Shown here piece by piece: positions 57,824 to 64,000 of a stretch of 64,000 bases of DNA (within the stretch, counting starts at the first letter, position 1; every line of letters starts with the position of its first letter). Source of the DNA: an uncultured Methylomirabilota bacterium (GTDB taxonomy: Bacteria; Methylomirabilota; Methylomirabilia; Methylomirabilales; 2-02-FULL-66-22). The position numbers and the translations under genes were made by a program. The notes under the pieces are model-generated. The model was not told where the DNA came from and did not search any database. It saw only the letters and a list, made by a program, of their open reading frames with translations. The DNA lies in contig OY970067.1 in NCBI GenBank assembly GCA_963705305.1, positions 1,888,001 to 1,952,000 on the forward strand, given 5' to 3'.

Positions 57824-59749
57824 ATGTCTGAGCGAGTGACCGCCCCCCTCGAGGGAGGCACGGAAATTGATGTCATGGCCAACCCGCCCGGGCAGCTGTC
57901 CGCTCTCGCGGACAGTTGCCGATTCGCCCCGTGGCTGGAAAGGACCTTCGATGCGGTTCTGATATTCATTCTGTTCTCAGAGCTGGTGCTGCTGTTCGGG
58001 AATACGATGTTGCGCGCCATTTGGGGAGAGTCCATTGAGTGGGCCAACGAGGCCGCGGGGTTTGCGCTGACCTCCTTGGCATTTATCGGGGGTGCTATCG
58101 CGTACCATCGCGGCTTGCACATGTCCGTGCATTACGTGCTGGAACGTCTCCCGAGCAAATTGCGAGGGTACGGGGAGGCGGCGGGGCATTGCATCACGCT
58201 GGCCGTCGCCGCCGTCGGGATCGGCCTCGCCTATCCGATGTTTTCCAGCTCTTGGTCGAACTGGACTCCTGTTCTTCAGATTCCCATATCGTGGACACTC
58301 CTGCCATACATCATCGGGATGGTCCTGCTGGCCGTATTTTCCCTGAGACGGCTGGTCAGGTACCCCCTCCGGATCTCAGTGGCCGGCGGAGTACTCGTCC
58401 TGGTACTGGGATCGATCTGGTTCTGGGCGCAGCAATACACGGGGCCGTGGAACGGCCTGGGTGGGATTTCGATCGCCCTGCTGCTCTTGCTGGCGATGGT
58501 CCTTTTCGGCGTCCCGATCGCCTTCGTGCTGACGATTGTGGCGTACATGTCTCTGGTGAGCGCCAGATCCGCCGAGATCATCGCCGTGCCGTTCGCGATG
58601 CAGAATGGAATCAGCAGCTTCATCTTGCTGGCCGTTCCTTTCTTCATCCTAGCAGGCAATATCATGACCGAGGGGGGTCTCACGAAACCCCTGGCAGATT
58701 GGGTCTGCTCGCTGGTGGGCCGCTTCCAGGGCGGGCTCATGCAGGCCGTCATCGTCGCCATGTACATCTTTTCCGGAATCTCGGGGTCCAAGATCGCGGA
58801 CGTCGCCGCGGTTGGCACCGCATTGAAGGGCATGTTGAAGGAACAAGGGTATCATCCAGCGGAGAGTACGGCTGCGTTTGCCGCCGCGGGGATCATGGGT
58901 GAAACCATTCCGCCCAGCCTCGTCATGATGGTGCTGGCATCGATCACCACGCTCTCCGTCGGCACCTTCTTTGTGACCGGGGTGGTTCCAGCCACGCTGA
59001 TGGCGCTCTCCCTGATGGTCTTCATTTGTTGCCGCGCGCGACTAAAAAGATGGCCGAGGTGCGAGCCGGTGTCGTGGGGGGTGAGGACCAAGCTCACCCT
59101 CTTGGCGGTGCCGGCGTTGCTGGTGCCGGTCATCTTGGTCGTGGGAATCGCAGGCGGGATTGCGACGCCGACCGAGGTCTCCTCCTTCGCGGTCGTGTAC
59201 GCCATACTGATCGCCATGGTACTCTATCGAAGCCTGGGAGTCCCCGGTCTCTCGGCTACGATGGGGCATGCAGCGGTGGCCTCGGGAATGATCCTCTTCA
59301 TGGTGTCCGCGGGATGCGCATTCTCCTGGAGTCTCACCATCGGCGGCCTGCCGAATCTGATCACGCAGTTTCTGAACAGTCTGGGGGGGTCGTCCGCCGT
59401 GTTCATGGTCACGTCGATCCTGACGTTGATTGTCATGGGCTCGATGCTGGAAGGCCTGCCCTCGCTGCTGATTTTCGGCCCGCTGCTGCTGCCGCTCGCC
59501 ACACAATACGGCGTGAATCAACTGCACTTCGGCATCGTGATCATTATCGCCATGGGCATCGGGACGTTCATCCCTCCCTTCGGGATCTGTTATTTCGTCA
59601 CCTGCGCGGTGCTCGAGGCCAGCGTGGAGGAGTCGACCCCCAGGTTCCTGCCGTACCTGGCCATCACGGTTGTGGGGCTGATAGTGATAGCGGCGGTTCC
59701 GTGGTTCAGCCTGGCGCTGCCAGCGGCGCTGCATCTTTCGGTGAAATGA
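57824..59749 (+). CDS. TRAP transporter fused permease (DctQM)
   Basis: DctQ-like N-terminus; FSGISGSKIAD, IPPS, ATPTE, PPFG; start uncertain. Confidence 0.9.
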   Translation: MSERVTAPLEGGTEIDVMANPPGQLSALADSCRFAPWLERTFDAVLIFILFSELVLLFGNTMLRAIWGESIEWANEAAGFALTSLAFIGGAIAYHRGLHMSVHYVLERLPSKLRGYGEAAGHCITLAVAAVGIGLAYPMFSSSWSNWTPVLQIPISWTLLPYIIGMVLLAVFSLRRLVRYPLRISVAGGVLVLVLGSIWFWAQQYTGPWNGLGGISIALLLLLAMVLFGVPIAFVLTIVAYMSLVSARSAEIIAVPFAMQNGISSFILLAVPFFILAGNIMTEGGLTKPLADWVCSLVGRFQGGLMQAVIVAMYIFSGISGSKIADVAAVGTALKGMLKEQGYHPAESTAAFAAAGIMGETIPPSLVMMVLASITTLSVGTFFVTGVVPATLMALSLMVFICCRARLKRWPRCEPVSWGVRTKLTLLAVPALLVPVILVVGIAGGIATPTEVSSFAVVYAILIAMVLYRSLGVPGLSATMGHAAVASGMILFMVSAGCAFSWSLTIGGLPNLITQFLNSLGGSSAVFMVTSILTLIVMGSMLEGLPSLLIFGPLLLPLATQYGVNQLHFGIVIIIAMGIGTFIPPFGICYFVTCAVLEASVEESTPRFLPYLAITVVGLIVIAAVPWFSLALPAALHLSVK

Positions 59750-59908
59750 ACAGCGGACGGACATCGTCCGGCAGGACCGGGCCCACAGGGGGCGGGCGGC
59801 CGTTATTTCCCGATCCGGGATCATGATCATTCGGGGAGGAGGTGAAGAGGTTTCCAGGCTTCTGGCGAGGGGTCTACACGTCGCGGGTGTGCATTGAAGG
59901 AGGATGCG

Positions 59909-60958
59909 ATGAGGAAATCATTGGCGTTCGGTCTGATCACCCTCGGGATTTGTCTGGTGGCGTTGGCGGGACCTTCCTGGCTGGGTGTCCCACAAGCGCA
60001 GGCGGCGCAGTTCGAGATTAAGCTCGGCCATGCGGACCCACCGGATGTCTACACCTCCCGGAAGGCGGCCTCGTCGTCGGTTTTCAAGCAGATGGTGGAG
60101 AGCGAGACGGGCGGCGCCGTTGCGGTCAACCTGTTCCCGGCCGGCCAACTGGGAGGGGAAGCCCAGCTGGCTCAGGCCACGAAGCTGGGCAGCATTCAGG
60201 TGTCCATGCTGTCCGGGCCGTTTAGCACTTTCTGCCCGGAGGCGCAGGTCTTCGACATCCCCTATCTTTTTCCTTCGTACCTCGTGGCGTGGAATGTCCT
60301 CGCCGGGCCGTTCGGTAAGGATCTGGCCCAGGAGTGCCTGAAGAAGTCGGGGATGCGGATCCTGGAGTACGGCCAGGTGGGGTTCCGGAACTTCACGAAC
60401 TCGACCCGGCCGATCAAGTCGCCGGCGGACCTAAAGGGCATGAAGATCCGGGTGATGGAGAGCCCGGTCTACATGTCGCTCGTCCGGGCCCTGGGCGGCT
60501 CCCCGACCCCGGTTCCCTGGACGGAAACCTATACCGCCTTGCAGCAGAAGGTCGTCGACGGTGAGGAGAACCCCGTATCGTCCATCAAGTTCGCGAAGCT
60601 CTACGAGGTGCAGAAGTACCTGACCCTGGATGGGCATTCGTACGGGGTCAGCTTCATGCTCATGAATGAGAAGTTCTTCCAGAGCCTGCCCAAGCAGTAT
60701 CAGACCATTGTGAAGAACGCGGCGCTCACTGCCAGCGTTGTTGAAGACGGGATCGACACGCTCGATTCGTCCCTCGGCATCCAGTTCCTGAAAGACAAGG
60801 GGATGGAGGTGTACGCCCCCACGCCTGCGGAGAAGGAGGCCTTCAAGGCGGCCGCGCAGCCCGCGGTCATCGAGTACCTGGAGAAACAGATTGGACGGCC
60901 ATGGATCGATAAGGTGTTGAACGCCGTCAAGGCGACGGAAGCGTCGTTGGGGAACTAG
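59909..60958 (+). CDS. dctP: TRAP transporter substrate-binding protein
   Basis: AAGGAGG RBS, signal peptide, GFRNFTNS, DLKGMKIRV, VDGEENP. Confidence 0.93.
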   Translation: MRKSLAFGLITLGICLVALAGPSWLGVPQAQAAQFEIKLGHADPPDVYTSRKAASSSVFKQMVESETGGAVAVNLFPAGQLGGEAQLAQATKLGSIQVSMLSGPFSTFCPEAQVFDIPYLFPSYLVAWNVLAGPFGKDLAQECLKKSGMRILEYGQVGFRNFTNSTRPIKSPADLKGMKIRVMESPVYMSLVRALGGSPTPVPWTETYTALQQKVVDGEENPVSSIKFAKLYEVQKYLTLDGHSYGVSFMLMNEKFFQSLPKQYQTIVKNAALTASVVEDGIDTLDSSLGIQFLKDKGMEVYAPTPAEKEAFKAAAQPAVIEYLEKQIGRPWIDKVLNAVKATEASLGN

Positions 60959-61132
60959 CAGGCTGCTGAAAAAGGCCCATCTGCCGCGTTGGCCCGCTCG
61001 GGCACTCGCTGCGGCGTATCGGAAGTACGCCTTGACCCGCCTGCGGCGGGTGCCCCGCCCATCGCGCGCGGCCTTGCATCTGGGCCCTTTTGAGCAGCCT
61101 GGGCGAAACCGGGCCTTTCAGTATCTTGCTAG
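60955..61132. mobile_element. MITE with CAGGCTGCTGAAAAAG-type inverted repeats, flanked by CTAG
   Basis: Left CTAG-CAGGCTGCTGAAAAAGGCCCA; inner right TGGGCCCTTTTGAGCAGCCTG (ends 61101); outer right TTTCAGTATCTTG-CTAG (ends 61132). Confidence 0.75.
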
Positions 61133-61253
61133 AAGCGGCGAGGGTGCGCTGCCGGCCTGCGCAGGATAGCTACCGGACACTGCGGGGGCGGAGAGGTGCG
61201 TCCACCCCCGCAGCGGGCGGGAGTCGCGGGGCCGGGGATGGAGTTCAGCCGCC

Positions 61254-61562
61254 GTGGTGATCCAGTTTTTCGCGAGCCTGCGCGACATCACGCAAGAAAA
61301 GCAGATTGAATGGGAGCCCTGTCCGTCCACCCTGGGCGAGTTGCTCCGCCAGCTCTCCGAGAAATACGGCCCGCCGTTTCAGCGCTGGGTGCTCGACGGT
61401 GAGACGCTGGGCGAGTCGGTCCTGGTCCTGGTCAACGGCCGGGATGCGCGCCACGGCGCGGACCTCGAGACGCCCCTGGCCCCCGCCGATGTCGTCTCCA
61501 TTCTTCCGATGATGGCCGGCGGGAGGGCGCCGGCCAGCTGCCAACCCACCCTCCCCGGGTAG
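61254..61562 (+). CDS. MoaD/ThiS/SAMP-like ubiquitin-fold protein with an extension after the GG motif
   Basis: FFASLRDI, TLGELL..L, VLVNGR, D.VSILPMMAGG followed by RAPASCQPTLPG. Confidence 0.8.
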   Translation: MVIQFFASLRDITQEKQIEWEPCPSTLGELLRQLSEKYGPPFQRWVLDGETLGESVLVLVNGRDARHGADLETPLAPADVVSILPMMAGGRAPASCQPTLPG

Positions 61563-61599
61563 TGGGCCACGATTCGTCTGCGGGCGCTACAGTTTTCCC

Positions 61600-61652
61600 T
61601 TGACATTAGCCTGCCAATGACTATTTTTATTATATAATTGCACTATAGCGAA
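61600..61652 (+). promoter_or_regulatory. AT-rich promoter region of the etf operon
   Basis: TTGACA at 61600, TATTTT/TATAAT elements and ATTATATAAT palindrome. Confidence 0.5.
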
Positions 61653-61712
61653 GATATACTGATGGGAGGGGCATGGGGGGTCGGCCGGCCCAACCCGTCG
61701 ATAGGAGAGCAG

Positions 61713-62516
61713 ATGGCGTTCAGGATCCTGGTGACGAGCAAGCGTGTCGAGGACCCCGAATCGACGATCAGCGTGAGACCGGATGAATCCGGAATCAACA
61801 CGGAAGGCCTCACCTACAAGGTGAACCCGTTCGATGAGATCGCAGTCGAGGAAGGGTTACGCCTCAAGGAGCAGCACGGCGGGGAGGTGGTGGTCGCCTC
61901 GATCGGTGGCAGCGAGTCCATGGCCGAGATCCGCACGGCGCTGGCGATGGGCGCCGATCGCGGCGTACTGGTGCGGCACACCGGCGCGCTGGACCCGGGA
62001 ATCGTCGCGGCCTTGCTCCTGAAGGTTGTCGAGGAGGAGAAGCCCGACATCGTGATCCTGGGCAAGCAATCGGTGGACGACGACCAGAACCAGACCGGCC
62101 AGGTGCTGGCCGAGAAGCTTTCGTGGCCGCAGGCCACCTTCGCCTCCAAGAAGGAGAGCCTGGAGAGCGAGGCGGAGCGGAAAAGGCTCCCCGGCATCGC
62201 GGTCGACGCCGCTGGCAAGCGCATCCGGGTGGTGCGCGAGGTCGACGGCGGCGTGGAAACGCTCGAGCTCGAACTGCCTGCAGTGGTGACGACCGACCTG
62301 CGGCTCAATACGCCGCGGATCACGTCGCTCCCGGGGATCATGAAGGCGAAGAAGAAGCCATTGAAGGAGATCGAGGCAGCCGGCCTTGGCGTCGACCTCA
62401 GGCCCACGGTGGTGGTGAAGAGGCTCCTCGCGCCCGAGAAGCGCAAGGCCGGGGTGAAGGTCGCCGATGTGAACGAGCTCTGGGCGAAGGTGCATGACGA
62501 GACCAAGATCCTCTGA
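61713..62516 (+). CDS. etfB: Electron transfer flavoprotein beta subunit
   Basis: KRVEDP, NPFDEIAVEE, ALAMGAD, GKQSVD, LNTPR, IMKAKKK. Confidence 0.95.
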   Translation: MAFRILVTSKRVEDPESTISVRPDESGINTEGLTYKVNPFDEIAVEEGLRLKEQHGGEVVVASIGGSESMAEIRTALAMGADRGVLVRHTGALDPGIVAALLLKVVEEEKPDIVILGKQSVDDDQNQTGQVLAEKLSWPQATFASKKESLESEAERKRLPGIAVDAAGKRIRVVREVDGGVETLELELPAVVTTDLRLNTPRITSLPGIMKAKKKPLKEIEAAGLGVDLRPTVVVKRLLAPEKRKAGVKVADVNELWAKVHDETKIL

Positions 62517-62534
62517 GGCCTCTGGGGGCGAGCC

Positions 62535-63497
62535 ATGTCCGGTATCCTCGTTGTTGTCGAGCAGTCGCACGGCCACATCAAGAAGGCGTCCCTCGCCGCC
62601 CTGGGAGCCAGCCGCACCCTGGCGGGACGCATCGGCGGCCAGGTCTCGGCGCTCGTCCTCGGCTGCGGCGTGGAACCCGTGGCAACGGAACTGGCCGACC
62701 TCGGCGTCCAGGTGAAGCTTGCCGACGCGCCGGTGCTGCAGCACTACCTCGCAGAGAGCTTTGCGGTGGTGGTCGCGGAGGCGGCCAGGGCCGATGGTGC
62801 GACGTGGATCATCGCCGCCGCCACGGCCCAGGGGAAGGACCTCCTGCCCCGTGCGGCAACCAAGTTGGGCGCGGCGTGCGCCACCGACGTCGTGGCGATC
62901 GCCGGAGAAGGCGCCACCGTGCTGCTCCGCCGTCCCATGTGGGCCGGCAGTGTCATTGCCGAGGTCGAGCTGACCACGCCCGTGAAGGCGTTCACGGTTC
63001 GCGCGAGCGAGTTTCCGGCGGCCAAGAAAGAAGGCTCCGGCTCGGTGACCCGGGTGGCCGTCTCCCTGGACGGGACGACGCTCAGGACCCGCTTCGTGGA
63101 GTTCGATGAGGTGAAGAGCACCCGGCCGGATCTCACCGAAGCGCGCATTGTCGTCTCCGGCGGACGCGGAACGAAGGGGGACTTCAAACAGATCGAGGGA
63201 CTCGCCGACGACCTCGGCGGTGCGGTGGGAGCGAGCCGGGCCGCGGTGGATGCCGGCTGGGTTCCCAATGACTGGCAAGTCGGTCAAACGGGGAAGGTGG
63301 TGGCTCCGGAGGTCTACATAGCCGCCGGCATCTCCGGATCTCTTCAGCATCTCGCAGGCATGAAGGGATCCAAGGTGATCATCGCGATCAACAATGATCC
63401 GGAAGCCCCGATCTTCCAGGTGGCGGACTACGGGCTCGTCGCGGACCTGTTCGAGGCGATCCCGGAGCTCCGAAAGAAGATAACCGCACAGGCGTGA
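62535..63497 (+). CDS. etfA: Electron transfer flavoprotein alpha subunit
   Basis: VSGGRG, GASRAAVDAGW, QVGQTGK, GISGSLQH, AINNDPEAPIF. Confidence 0.95.
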   Translation: MSGILVVVEQSHGHIKKASLAALGASRTLAGRIGGQVSALVLGCGVEPVATELADLGVQVKLADAPVLQHYLAESFAVVVAEAARADGATWIIAAATAQGKDLLPRAATKLGAACATDVVAIAGEGATVLLRRPMWAGSVIAEVELTTPVKAFTVRASEFPAAKKEGSGSVTRVAVSLDGTTLRTRFVEFDEVKSTRPDLTEARIVVSGGRGTKGDFKQIEGLADDLGGAVGASRAAVDAGWVPNDWQVGQTGKVVAPEVYIAAGISGSLQHLAGMKGSKVIIAINNDPEAPIFQVADYGLVADLFEAIPELRKKITAQA

Positions 63498-63666
63498 CGG
63501 CCCCATGGCCGACGGCCGCCTGGCGCGTGCCGTCGCGACCGTGAGCTGCTCACAGCCAACGCACTCGGACTTCAATGCCGACATTCCTCGCCGATCCCCA
63601 CTTCTCAAGGACCGCTGCATACCGGCGGCGCGGTGCGTTGCCGCACATGCCAGGGGAGACATCGCC

Positions 63667-64000
63667 ATGGACTTCTCGTTGACCGACGAACAGAAGATGC
63701 TCGTCAGCGCGGTCCGTCGTTTCATCCAGACCGAGTTGAAGCCGCTCGAAGAGGAGATCGAGACAACAGGGCGTCTCGACCCGGCCAAGGCCAAGGAGAT
63801 CTTCCAGAAATCCCGAGAGCTCGGCTTCTACGCCATGAACATCCCCGAAGAGTACGGGGGTGGAGGGCTTTCCGCCGTGGATACGATGCTGGTGGAGGAG
63901 CAGTTTGGCCACACCACCGATATCCTCATCCGGCGGGCCTTCGGGAACGTCTACGAGGCGCTCCTGGTGTGCAACGACGCGCAGAAGGAGCGCTGGCTGC
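63667..64000 (+). CDS. Acyl-CoA dehydrogenase, N-terminal part (runs off the window)
   Basis: MDFSLTDEQKML…RRFI…ELG…IPEEYGGGG…QKERWL; GGAG RBS. Confidence 0.9.
   Translation, partial: MDFSLTDEQKMLVSAVRRFIQTELKPLEEEIETTGRLDPAKAKEIFQKSRELGFYAMNIPEEYGGGGLSAVDTMLVEEQFGHTTDILIRRAFGNVYEALLVCNDAQKERWL

Noticed and set aside
3460..63794. Many long antisense or alternate-frame ORFs (e.g. 3460-5445, 6773-8857, 30887-33100, 42708-44858, 44771-47068, 61857-63794)
   Set aside because: Shadows of real high-GC genes on the opposite strand; no family motifs

Overview
GC-rich bacterial window, probably metagenome-assembled. One palindromic MITE resembles repeats I associate with Methylomirabilota/Rokubacteria, but that taxonomy is only an inference. 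No rRNA, tRNA, CRISPR array or intact transposase/integrase was seen. Most of the window is uptake and catabolism: a peptide ABC system, an orphan LivJ-type binding protein, two TRAP systems, two sugar ABC systems, several MDR/SDR dehydrogenases, GH31, an MtaA-like methyltransferase, an amidohydrolase, a hydantoinase-like ATPase cluster, an ABC-2/HlyD/TetR efflux operon, an AroK-AroB fusion, ETF and an acyl-CoA dehydrogenase. The stretch from 2.3 to 16 kb is an eroding accessory zone. It holds two type II toxin-antitoxin pairs with visible operators, a RhuM-Fic gene attached to an hsdM stub, a second dead Fic, two group II intron-like 5' fragments flanking an RNB nuclease, and many short GGGAC-type repeat ends. 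The highlights are: (1) a split ORF that is really a selenoprotein (GIGD-U-GSC with an in-frame SECIS-like hairpin), coupled to an uncharacterised partner gene; (2) a permease + lone hydantoinase-A + HExxH module; (3) an MtaA-type methyltransferase at the end of a sugar operon with no corrinoid partner nearby; (4) three +1 frameshifts that all fall in GAACGTC.
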